In this document: positions 27,301 through 39,072 of the stretch, piece by piece
Layout of the letters: the number at the start of each line of letters is the position of its first letter
Position numbering within the stretch: the stretch's first letter is position 1
Assembly: GCA_043228905.1 (NCBI GenBank)
Contig: JBHGNT010000007.1
Span: forward strand, 7,874,001-7,938,000
Direction: 5' to 3'
Origin: Azolla caroliniana
Taxonomy: Eukaryota; Plantae; Polypodiophyta
DNA: 64,000 nucleotides
Notes under the pieces: generated by a model
What the model was told of the DNA's origin: nothing
Seen by the model: the letters and a program-made list of their open reading frames with translations, nothing else
Databases searched by the model: none
Made by a program: the position numbers and the translations under genes

Positions 27301-29496
27301 GGTTGTAATTGGAACATTGAATCAACCATTGAATCCACAATGCCCTCTTGAAGCTCAATTTGTTGTTCCATGGCTTCCACTTCTTTAATGCGTTTTAGCT
27401 TCTTGCGAGTCAATTCACTTTCTTGTACTACTGCCATAGCCTCTTGATATGCTTCTAGAGTTACTTGCACACACTTTTCTATACCTTCACCTTTAATTCC
27501 AGCAAGGTGAGCAACTAAACGTGTTAGTGTCCCAGACCCATGAAAACCACATAATCTACAATCCCAATAATAGTTCCCAGATGACTTCCCAGCTTGTCTG
27601 TTCACACAATATTTATCCCATAAGGGGGATTCCTTGCGTGGCATAGTTGATTGAGTATAACAAGTTCTAGAGATTCGAAGTTGTCTTTTATATTTTCCTA
27701 GATTCATGAATTCACAATGTTAAATATGTGAATAAGGAAATCATGTGATGTAACAATGTAGGAAGAGATTGTTTGAATGATAAGCATAACCAAATGACAA
27801 ATCTGAATGGAAGCTAGCTACCTAAGCAAATGGCATTCCATCCTTATTAAGAGGAAAAATTATTATTCATTAGAAATGAATTATAAAGAGCATCAAATGG
27901 AACTTTTACCTGTGATATAGGCGTGCTCTTGAATGAAGAGACTATTCTTTGATAAGCCACCACAAGCTATCAATGTCTCTATCTGCCACCAACATTGTTA
28001 TATTAAAGAAGGGATAAACACACATATAACCAAACCATACATGTAACATGTTGAACTATACAATAGTCTATTTATGCATATAAATTAATGGAATTTGTGT
28101 TTTGATGAATTCAATAGGAAAAACTCCAAACAATCTTGGATGGTGTCGTGGCGGTGATTTTCATTTAACATCTCTACCGAATCACCGATAATTAGCTTTT
28201 ATCAAATTAATAATCATTGACAAATGCGTGAGAAGACAGTAAGAGTGCGGTATATACAACACATTACATCGATTGACCATAAAGCTTATCATCCCCCATA
28301 AAGATTATTCTTCGATAAAACAAAGAAGACTAAACTAGGGAGAACTAAGAAACTACTTATACCTCCAAGTTTTGCAATATTTCAACAGAAAATGAGTGTA
28401 GGGAGAAATAAAGAAGCAATTTTCTGCAATAACTCCTTTCCATAGATTGAGGAGAAGGAAGAAGTAATCTATCCAATGATTAAAGAATTTTATTTAGGCT
28501 TTCGAACCGAATAATTGTGACTAAATGAGGGAGAAAGAAGAGATTATTTCTTCCTAATTTAGTCCAATTGACTGCTTAATCATACAAGATCAATGGAAAG
28601 AAAGGAAATTCCTCCTTACTTACATCTAAGTTTAGATTCAAGCAATTTCTCCTCAATTATGAATGCAAATCAGTTAATCAACAGAACTTGAAGCATTTTG
28701 ACAGGAAAAAAGTCACTAAATTAGGGAGAGGAATCCTAATTAAGCCCATCCAATATGCATGCCTTCCAAAGAATTAACATTTTCAAGAACATCAAAAACT
28801 AAAACGGGTGAATAAAGAGATAATTTCCTACAATATATATCCAAATTGCAAGTAATGAATTGAAGATTAATGGAGTCACATCAGATAATTAGTAGACGGA
28901 TGACTCTTCAAAATTTTCATTACATGTAGGGAGAAGGAAAAAAACAAATTTTCTCCTAAATAAGTTCACTTTTAGATCAAAATCGATAGAAAGAGGTCTT
29001 TCAACACACTAAATAGAGTTCCAATAAGAAGAATGAAGCAGAAATATATCCCTCAATCGACAGGAATTGATCTCTCTTGAGTTAACCGCAAACTAGGAGG
29101 TTGTTAAATTTCAAGAATTTTTTAAGAAGAAAGAAGGAAATCAACGAAGGAGAATATACCTTGTAGTATGTACGTTGAGCTCTTAAAAGGGAAGAAAGGG
29201 AGGAGGAAGAAGAAGGGATTCATAGCTTCATAGTTTGGATTTCGTTTAAGAAGCTTCCATGTACTTGTGTAAAAACCTAGTGTCTACAAAATGCAAACAC
29301 TGTAACACTCGTTACAAAAACCCCCAAATTGTTTTCTTTCATTATTAAAAAAAGCCCTAGAAAATTAATTTTTAAATTATTTACAAATTTAGGCTTACAA
29401 AAAATGGCAGTTCCAAAAGGTAGAATACGTTTAGAATACGTGTGGGTATTCTAAAACGTACTCTATTTATAAAATACGCGTTTTTTAACAACAATG
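24387..29496 (-). mobile_element. hAT-superfamily DNA transposon
   Basis: 8-bp TSD GCTTCCAG (24379-24386 and 29497-29504); imperfect TIRs CATGGTTGTAA / CATTGTTGTTA; subterminal AATACG repeats. Confidence 0.9.
24880..27644 (-). pseudogene. Spliced hAT transposase (BED finger, DUF659-type core, dimerisation domain), disrupted
   Basis: LW...CRLC...RLVAHL; ILSDGW; VVQIVTDNASN; WTPCASHCLDLLL; PSATRF; SSAVERNW; frameshifts and stops near 27200, 26000 and 25715. Confidence 0.85.
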
Positions 29497-30765
29497 GCTT
29501 CCAGACACGAATGCACACAGAAACACAAAAACACAAAAACACAAAAACCGTGACCAAATGAAACAACCGAAACGAGACGAATGTGTATAAGTATATATAT
29601 ATATATTACAGAAGAGCGAGACGGAAACTCTAGTCTCTACCGGAAGCACTCGGGCATTCCGCGGAGCAGAGTCAGCCTACCGAAAACCTGCACAGAGCAA
29701 GTATAGAGATAGACAGAGGAGGAGAGCTCGGTCCTAGTCCGACAACGCTTCATCCTCCCGCCAAAAAAAACGATCCCCTTTACGATTCCTCTCCCTCTCT
29801 TTTATAGCCCAAGGAGGGAGGCTATCACAACTTGTTACATCATCTTTATTCTCTGTCATTTCGGACAGAGATATGCCTCGATTTCCTACCTATCAAATCC
29901 GTGCGACCTAGGATATTCACTTGTACCTAAATATGTATATATTACAACAAAACTTGTGCCCATGTGTAAGGGCCGGTTCGCGTGCATCATTCTCCGATTC
30001 CGCCTAGGGACAGTTTTCTCCACGACATCCACCCCCACCTAACCGCGCATCCACCGGTATGCGCCAAAATAGACTCTTTGCCGGAGAAGACCGGCCCGCG
30101 CTTACCCTTCGTCCTTTGGATTGCCATTCGCTTCAAACCGGTCGTCCTCGCTATCCAAGTCGTCCGGGTCCGGTTCATCCTCGTGCCGCTTTTTGAATGC
30201 TTTGATCCTTTTCCCGGCCACCGGTATCGCTATCCTCGTCCCATCAAGCTCCGCGAGATGGTAGGTCCCGTTGTCATTGGCGCTTGTCACCACATAAGGC
30301 CCGAACCACCTACTTGCGAACTTCCGCATCGCCTTGTGCTGGTTGTCGAGGCTATTGTCATATACCAGAACCCAGTCGCCTTCCTCGATTTTCTTCGGCC
30401 TTAGTCGGTGAGTTTAGTCGAATCGTCCCTTGTTCTTTACCCTCGCGGCCCGCAGCTTTTCTACAGCTCGTTCCACATCCTCTGGTCTTCGTTTGAGCTA
30501 TCGGATCCGAGCCGCTAACAACTCCTCCCGGCTCATCTCGTCTCTCCAGTCCACGTGGCCCATGAGGAGATCGTTCGCTCCATTGGCATGACCGGCTTCT
30601 GCCCGTACATCACCTCCGCCGGCATGAACCTGGTTACCGAACTATGCATAGTTTGGTCGGCCCACAACGCATAGGGTAAGAGTCACGGCCAATTTTCAAC
30701 TTGGCCCCCACATGCTTGTACTAACGCTTTGACGATCGGCCCGTGCCCGCGTTCCATCTTCCCGT

Positions 30766-31366
30766 TGTCGTGAAGAAAACCGGGCATAGGCGGAATCAGA
30801 GAAAAAGGCGCATGAACCGGCTCTTACACGGATGGGCGCATGAATTGATATTTTGATATTTTGTACATGATTCATAAATGGATCGGCTGATGTACATACT
30901 AAGTAGTACACATTTATTAAGGGATTGTGCGTATCTCTGTCGAAAGGGACAGGGAATAAAGCGGTTTGACTAGGGAAAAGAGGCACCCCCCTTTTTGGGG
31001 AACTATTTAAGGAGAGGAGAGAAGGAGGAAAGGGCATCGCGCGTTGGTGAGGAGGAAGTGCTGTTGTAGAACTAAGTGCCGAGCTCTCTCTTCTCCTCTG
31101 ATAGTCGGTCTCTGTGGGGTCGGGAGTTCGCTGCCTCTGCTTCTTGGACAGCCCGTGCGCTTCCAGTAGAGGCTCTCCCCTTTTTGTTTCTTTGAGTCGA
31201 GTGCGTCCTGTCTTTGTGCGTGAGTAGGATCCCCATGTTGGGTCCATCACCGCCTTGCCGATTGTAATCGTCAGAGTTCGCAATCTCTGAATATTGTAAT
31301 CTACTGTTACTGTAATTAAGCGTGCCGTTTGTTTCTCTTCCCTTCTCCCTGTTGGATGTCTGCAAG

Positions 31367-31448
<82 letters not shown>

Positions 31449-32100
31449 GGTTCAAGGCCCCCGTGGTCCCGCCTCTTTCTACATGCACGCGCGTAACAAC
31501 GCGACATCTTTGGTGAACCCGACGTGAAGAGGCGGCAAAGGAGTCGAAAGATGAGGGGATCGGAGCTAGTAGAGGCGATGGCGGTAGCCATCGACCGGCT
31601 GGTAATCGCTCGTGAGGGGATGGGTACCCTCGATAGAGCCATTGAATCGATCGTCGGTACCATAGGCCGGTTCGGAGGGAAAGACGCCACAAGTTATTTG
31701 GAGGCTTACCGGGCCGAAACGATCATGAGGGATATCCCGGTGGATAGGTGGCTATCCGGATTCCCTCGGGTGGTGACGCCGAGCATACACACGGAGGTGC
31801 TCGAGGTGCTGGCCAGATGCCAGACTTGGGAGGAGTTTGAGCTGCAGCTCCTCGAGAAGTACGGGTTTGACGACTCGCTTCGGCTATCGAGGCGGGATTT
31901 CATGGCGTGGGTGGAAAGCCCCGGAAAAGGGAGGAACACGTCGGCGCTCCTCCAGGAATTCGAAAAATGGTTCGCGCAGCTGTCGACGCTGGACCGGACC
32001 GTGCTCGAAACGAGTCGAGTAGTATTGTTTGTCAAGTCGATGGACGCGCTCGACAGGGAAAAGGTGGGTCCCCTATTGGAAACGGAAAAAGGGCTCACGG
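30766..32100 (+). mobile_element. Gypsy element C (tRNA-Trp PBS family): LTR 30766-31506, PBS 31511-31528, gag start; interrupted
   Basis: PBS TGGTGAACCCGACGTGAA; gag homologous to 22397-22950; (CT)n tract in LTR. Confidence 0.8.
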
Positions 32101-34098
32101 TGTCAGGAACAATACTAAGACAGAGAAGGAATTAATACTAAAAGAAGTATTAGTACTAAGAGAGGTGAAGAACTCTCGAGAGAAGGAAAGAGTGAGTGAG
32201 AGGGAGGGAGAGAGAGATCGAGAGAGAGAGAGAGAGAGAGTGATGATAAGAAAAGATATATATTATGTGAAGAAAATGTATAGTAGCTAGGAGGCTTAAG
32301 ACTAGCGTTGAACCGATTTGGTTCGAAATAATGCCCCCCCCTTTAAAACGACGAGTGTAACGAGTCGTTTTTGATTGAGGACCCGGTTTGTCTGGATATT
32401 GACGATGGAAGTCTTCAAGAAGAGCACGAGCATTGGTGACATTCTCTATCGGTTCCCAAGTACGCTCACTTGGACTATATCCTAGCCAGTCGACTAGATA
32501 GTAGAGCTTGTTGCGAACAAGCTTGGAATCAAGGATGGCGGCAACCTCGTACTCAGGTCCATCTTCAAGCTCGATCGGGGGTGGAGGTTGTGTAATACGT
32601 CCTGGGATGGTGCTTTCTTCATAGGGTTCAAGGAGAGAACTATGAAACACCGGATGTATCCGAAGTTGTGGAGGTAGATCAAGATGAAAAGAAACATCAT
32701 TAATCTTTCCGATAATACAAAAAGGACCTAATCGCCGATAATCCAACTTCTCGCATGGGCGAGTAGTCTTGATGTGTCGTCGGAGTAGCCATACCCGATC
32801 TCCAATGTTAAAACTAGATGGGAGTCGATGACGATCCGCATAAACCTTGTGTGTTTGTCGAGCTTGTTGGAGATGAGTAGATAAATCCGCTTGTATCTTG
32901 CGTAACCTCTTCAAACGATCCTCTGCGCAAGGATTTGTGGACAACTCTGGGGTTTCAAGTACACACCACCGGGGGTGACATCCTGTATAAGCATAAAATG
33001 GCGTAACTTTCGTGGATGCGTGGATAGAGTTGTTATAGGCAAATTCGGCGAAAACACGTTCGCGTTCACAAGTGGAAGGATTGCGCATTCCACTTGTAGA
33101 ATCTTCTTAAAACGAAGCAAATACACCCTCTCTACAAAAATTGGATGCACTAGTATCACATGTTCCTCAACTTGATGAGAATTTGCAAATATAAAAATAC
33201 ATGATAGATCTACGAGTGGAGATCATTAGAAATCATGCAAGTTTAGACATGTTGATAAGTTAATGTAGGCATAATAAAGTTCAACTATGGCTCAATATGT
33301 CACTACTGTGCGACAAGGGAAACACTAACTTAAAGACTTATATTAATTAGGTAAGTTTTACAAAAATATTAGGTGTACTTGTATCCATACTAATAAAATG
33401 AGATATAATTTATACTTTGACCCATACGTGCATGTATGTAATTGTGGAAAATGTAGGATAGTGCACATTAGGATAAGTGATTGGAATAACTAACTTATTA
33501 AAGTATTCAATACTTGTATTTAAAGTTGATCTAATCTATTCCTTAGTTTGTTCATATGGGATCAAACCATATGTTTATAATTGTGGACAATGTAAGGCAG
33601 TGAACTTTAGGATAATGTCGTGGAAATAACAAACCTATTAGGCTTTCATACCTGTATTTAAAATTGATCTACTCTATTGCTTAGGTGATTCACACAAGAT
33701 CAAACTCCGAACGATAACGCAACTGGAACCATTATCAACACACTACACAATCTAAGCAGCAATGGAATAGAAACATAATAGTTTTAACAATAGAAGACAA
33801 AGATCCATAATAACAACATGGACAGTCATGGCAACAATTATAGGGCCATGTTCTGTTAAGGTTAGCTTGGACCAAAATCAGCCTCCATTTAAACTAGTTC
33901 ATGTTTCTCCATAAGTTTGGTAGTCAGCTATGCACGCGGTGAAACCAATGTCATAAATCTACTAATCAAGTATATAAAAATAAAATTGAAACATATAGAA
34001 GATTATAAAGAATAGAATCCACTAGGTAAAACCCAAATTTTGTATTAATAAAGTGAAATCTTAACAAATCGTCAGTGTCATATTCTTCATAGAGTCTA

Positions 34099-37000
34099 TT
34101 ACATAGCAATCAATTCATCAACGTCATTTTCTTCATCATCTTGTGTAGAACTGTCTTCGGCTATACGTGCATTGGTTTCCCCTGTTAGCCGAGCCAACGA
34201 AATATCTTCTATAAGCTCATCATCAAGCTCTATTAGCTCCCCCGGTTTGCCGGCTAACGGAGGAATAGGCTCTCGCGAAGCAGGTTGAAACCTTTCTGTA
34301 TTGGCGAGGTTCTTTGCACCGACCTCCTCACTCTGGTCTGGGCACTCCCACAAAGCCTTAATCCGCATATTAATAAATATAACTTGGTCCTCGTCCTTCT
34401 CCAATGCAACTGTATTTCTAAACAGCTTCAATGCACATGCTGACATAGTTCCAGTGATGTAAGTAACAAGAAGATTTAGTTGTCAAACGAAAAAAAAGGG
34501 ATTGGTTATCTCAAGATCGTTACCCTAGTTCGAGGAATACCTGTGCCAGAAAAGAGATCTAATATCCAGTCTCCTTCGACAGAAAACATCTCGATCAAGC
34601 GCATCATAAGTCGTTGAGGTTTTTGGTATGGGTTGACAAGTCCCCGTTCTGTCGTGGTGACATGTCGCAATTTCCGTGTCACTGCTGGATATACCAACAG
34701 ATTTGAACCTCCCACTTCATTAGAATGCTCTTTGATTCTCTGTTTCTTAATTTCATCGAAGTAGCCAACCGTTATGTATTCAATGGCATTAACGAACCGA
34801 AAAGTTGGCCCTCTATTTACATTGGTCTTGATCCTATAAAAAATAATTCATCGAGTTAAGAATAGATTCAACAACCTTAAGAAATGCAATATAGTGAAAG
34901 ACACCTATAAATAATCCTTACCATGCAAGGTTCTCGATGCCATGGCAACGAGATCTCAAAGCTTGAGCTACCGAGTACCCTTGGTCCATACTATGAAAGA
35001 CAACTATTCGCCACAAGGATGCGGTCGTTAGCTCAGTGAAATCCTTGACCATCTTCTCCAATTGTTTAAACCTAAACGGTTCATCGTCGTATGATGACCC
35101 AGCCATTCGAAATCCGTAAGGAATATCCGCAATCATTAGCGTATATTCCTTCTTTGGCACCTTCTGGATCAAGTCGATGACATCACCGCAAACCACATTG
35201 TAGTAAAGATCTCTCGTAATATCTTTTTTGTGGCTAAATTTTTTAAAGGAGCCATCTTCCTCCATTTCGTACGCCTTGACTAAGCGACGATCCTTTTCTT
35301 TTCTGGCTCGCTCGAGATGTGCAAGGAAGGATGTAGGGAAATCGTGTATATCCTTAACTTCTCCTTGTTTCTTGCCTCGACACGGTTTCTAATAGAAGCA
35401 ATAGGACATCAGGTATTATTATACAAGCTCTACATATGATGAAAGGGTAATGAAAAAACATGAATACTAACCCAATCCTTGAATGCAATAAAATACTCTG
35501 ATAACGCCTTATACGAAGACGTTAGAGGATAATCCTCGGTCACTTGTTCCCAAGTTATACATCCAAGTTGTTTCATCATAACTTCTTGGATCTTCATGTA
35601 CACCTTATGACTGTAAAATTAGAAATCAAGATTAGAACTTTGAATTACACCAGATAGACTACAATTTCAGTATTTGAAAGACTTACTTATTGAACTCAGT
35701 GACCATTTCTTCAAGGCTTAAATCTTTCGCCACAACCCTTGACAAAACCGACACAAGAAGCTGCTCGTCCTTAATACCTTGCATCGCTCTCCATAGAGAC
35801 AGCTTCATGTCGTCTGCCGCTTCTTCAATTGTCAAGTCAATTTTCTTGTCGGCTTGTGACTTTAACTCTAGTTGAGGGTCAACCCTACATTTCTTTTGTC
35901 GTTGACCCTTTACCTCCTTATTCTCCCACATTGAGAAGATTTGATCTTGTAGGTCCCATACTTCTCCATCTCTAAACGCCAATTGAAACCAAGACTCATA
36001 CTTTCGAAGACCATCGGACCTAACATTATCATCTACCACAATGCCGACTTCATGCAGACATTGACGTCGAAGGCCTGGATGTAACTTCACACCAAACTTT
36101 TGTTTCACGTCTAAATACTCGTGGTGGAAGAACCGTATACGCTCAATGGACGACATTTTCTGCCTATAGTCATTATCATTATTATGGTCCCATGCCAACA
36201 GCTTAGCCTCTTCGGTTGTGAGCCCAACATAAATTTTGCACTCGGCATACTTGAAGAAGAAAGTTGTTGGATGTTCTCTCACAAGTTGCCGACGTGCCTC
36301 TACTGAATGCGATCCACCAATGACAAAATAATTATATTGATCATGCTTTCTAATATCAAAATCTTCAATGGTTTCACATTCTTCAGGATCTACCATAACA
36401 ATAAAGGGCACCACAGTGGCATGAGAATTAATTTTCATTTTTTTCTTGAGATTTTGAACATGCATGCGGTGTGGCTCTCTAATCTCAAGTGGACATCGAC
36501 CTGTTTTTTCATCAATAGGGGGCCGATGGATGTGTGTTATAGGCAAATTAAACACTTGCCCTTTCCTGACCAGTTTCCGTTGCATTAACTCTCTCCTTAT
36601 CTTATTCTGCTCGGATGACAAAACACCCGAGGCCAGCTCAGCTCCTAGCGTCCCCTTATTATCCTCCTCTTCGTTTTCACTTGTTGAATCCGTATCCGAC
36701 ATTTTGGTTGTCTTCTTCTTTGGTGGTCTTGACTGGACTTTGGATACCCTTTTTGTGGCCTTGAATGGGGAGGGCACTTCATCTCTTAGAGTTACATGGC
36801 CTTGTATATAAGGCCTCAAGGTAACAATAAGGTTTTGTGAGCTATCAAGTGCTTTTTTGAACGCTTCTGGCCCACAAGATTCCTTTACTAAAAGGTCTTC
36901 TGAAAGGAACACTTTACGTACCCCCTTGGAGCACTCTATCATTACCAGTATGTTGGCCGAATTTGCATCTTCGTAGTCAAATCGTAGAATACGGCCATAC

Positions 37001-38211
37001 ATAAATGGGGTTTCCTTTCCAAGCTGCCCCTCACCCTTCTTCTTTGATGTATACAATACGACTTTTTTCTTTGAGTCGACATATTGCATACACCATTCCT
37101 TGTCCGTTAGCGGCGACAAGTTTCTTTTGCCTAACATCACTATGTGGCTGAGATTTTGTCTCTTCGTTAAAGAGAAGCTTTTTTCCTCTCTTCATGGTCT
37201 CAGGAGCTACCTTGGTCTGGGCTTCGATTGGAGAACCTTGTATGCGAAGCTTTATTTTCTTCACGGGTCGGTCCGACAGGTTCTCAAACGACCTATTTAA
37301 GAAAGTATATGCAAAAACATACATTAGGTAGTCACGTAGATTAAGGTTGTATATGAACATGAAGAACAGTTCCCACTAGCAGTCCTATATTCAAAAATCT
37401 ATTATAGGCAGGGCTATTCAACCTAGAAAATATATATCGTAATAAGTAAACAGGGTTATATATTCTTTTAAATAGTAGGTATGACTTATATAGATTCCAA
37501 ACCTATATTGAGGAGAATTTGCTATCGTAAAGGCAATTTGTGGATCATTTTCTACTATTTTAAGCTAAAGTAGGTCATAAAACACCTATAATTAGAGCAT
37601 GTTTTTTTTTTAAAGTAAGGAAAGTCAACATAAAAAAGACTAATTTTGCCAGACAATTTGATATCTTTTCCACCCCATAATTATTTGTTACCCTAAAAAC
37701 ACAATTTTTCTCTCTCAGAGCCTTCTTTTATACGGCGTATCGAGTTCCTGTTTAAATCCTAAACTTTAAACGGGAACTCGTTACCCCGTTCGAGTTCCTC
37801 TGCTTTCTTTGCTTTTTAAACGGGAACTCGATACGGCGTATCGAGTTCGTGTTTAAAACCGTATCGAGTTCCTGTTTAAAATCCATACTTTAAACACGAA
37901 CTCGATACGCCGTATCGAGTTCCTCTGCTTTCTTTGCTTTTTAAACAAGAACTCGATATGCCGTATCGAGTTCCCGTTTAATGTTTAGGTTTTAAAAAGG
38001 AACTCGATACGCCGTATCGAGTTCCCGTTTAAAAAGCAAAAACAAATTATGAACTCGATACGCCGTATCGAGTTCATGTATAAAGTTTGTATTGTATACA
38101 TGAACTCGATACGGCGTATCGAGTTCTTGAGAAACGAAACATATTTACAAAAATGTCCACAGTGTCAGAGGCCTACCTGGAGTCCTCGCGCTCGATTCTC
38201 TTTGAAGACAT
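34099..38211 (-). CDS. ParB/Srx-like domain + beta-class N6A/N4C DNA methyltransferase fusion, about 963 aa; exons 38211-38177, 37292-35687, 35610-35472, 35388-34922, 34833-34541, 34451-34099; this copy appears to carry a +1 frameshift (~37035) and an AG>TG acceptor change (34453)
   Basis: Phase-consistent introns. ParB-like segment: LPITHIH...VVPFIVMV...YFVIGGSHSVEARRQL...TEEAKLLAWDHN. MTase motifs: CGDVIDLI...LMIADIPYG, AWIKTN...EY, NPYQKPQRLMMRLIEMFSVEGDWILDLFSGTGTMSACALKLFRNTVALEKD. Confidence 0.82.
37730..38126. repeat. Array of 25-bp palindromes GAACTCGATACG(G/C)CGTATCGAGTTC in intron 1 of the cargo gene
   Basis: Units start at 37774 (degenerate), 37824, 37898, 37949, 38000, 38051 and 38102, plus partial units at ~37730 and ~37859. 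Confidence 0.95.
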
Positions 38212-38360
38212 GGTTGATCGTGTGGAAGTGGAGGCGGAGATCGCGCTTTCGTGCTTTTTGCTCTGTGTGCTTTGTGTGCTTTGTGTGCTTTGTGTGCTCT
38301 CTACGTTCTGTGTGCTCTGTACGCTCTGTACGCTCTTGTGAGTGAAATATGACGAGGTCT

Positions 38361-38775
38361 TCCTATTTATAGGGCTTGACCACATTGGTTAAAGTAACCA
38401 TAGTCACCTTAACCAAGGTTGGTAACTTTGAGGATAGTTAGTTGGTAACCATAGTCACATTAACTAGAGTAACTTATGATTGTATTAATGATTACAAAGT
38501 CAAACTAACATATTGATCAATCTTTTATAGTCATAACAACCTACAATGACTTCAAAGGTTATGAAGGAGACAATGATAGAGGTTCATGAATGTACCAATG
38601 ATTGATTACTAAAAGCAACAATTTTTATGACTCTCAAATGCTATGTATTAAAGATGCTGGCATGAATTAACCAATGATTGATAAGTCTAATATTTAAAAT
38701 GGTGAGCATTAAAGAACCAATGAGTGAGACGTTCTATATCAAAATGGGTGCCATTAATTAGCCAATGATTTTAAC
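38361..38775. promoter_or_regulatory. Putative divergent promoter region: TATA box for the cargo gene and repeated CCAAT motifs
   Basis: CTATAAATAG on the minus strand at ~38363-38372, about 150 bp upstream of the ATG; CCAATGA at ~38595, 38671, 38717 and 38762. Confidence 0.5.
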
Positions 38776-39072
38776 ATTAATCCAACATATTCATGGCTTG
38801 TTAATGATTAGTTTTATATTTTACTTGATTTAACTTCATATAGATCTAGTTTATATAATAATTGATATTTTAAGTACAATTACTTTATTAAAAATAATTT
38901 TTTGATGTATTGTATTAATAGAACATTACATAATATAGACATTCTATTGATTTGGCTTTTGTTTAGAGAGAAGTTTATGTTTAGAGAGGAGTATATGTTT
39001 AGAGAGGAGCTTATTAGTTTTTTTCCTTACCCTAAGCACATAACTTAGAGAGCCCTATCTAGATCTTAAGCC

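Larger units (their letters stand above)
24276..30765 (-). mobile_element. 3' end of Gypsy element B of the same family (LTR 24276-30027 split by hAT, PPT, integrase C-terminus)
   Basis: LTR ends are reverse complements of those of elements A and C; PPT 30028-30039; GPY/F motif KFASRWFGPYVV. Confidence 0.75.

Noticed and set aside
28300-29100. Possible cargo gene inside the hAT element
   Set aside because: No ORF; only A/T-rich sequence with loose AGGGAGAA-like repeats
30696-31692. ORFs with ER/SL repeats
   Set aside because: Translations of (CT)n microsatellite and LTR sequence
37730-38126. CRISPR array (constant palindromic repeat with fixed-length spacers)
   Set aside because: Spacers are A/T-rich and partly duplicated (ctctgctttctttgctttttaaac occurs twice), there are no cas genes, and the array lies in a spliceosomal intron
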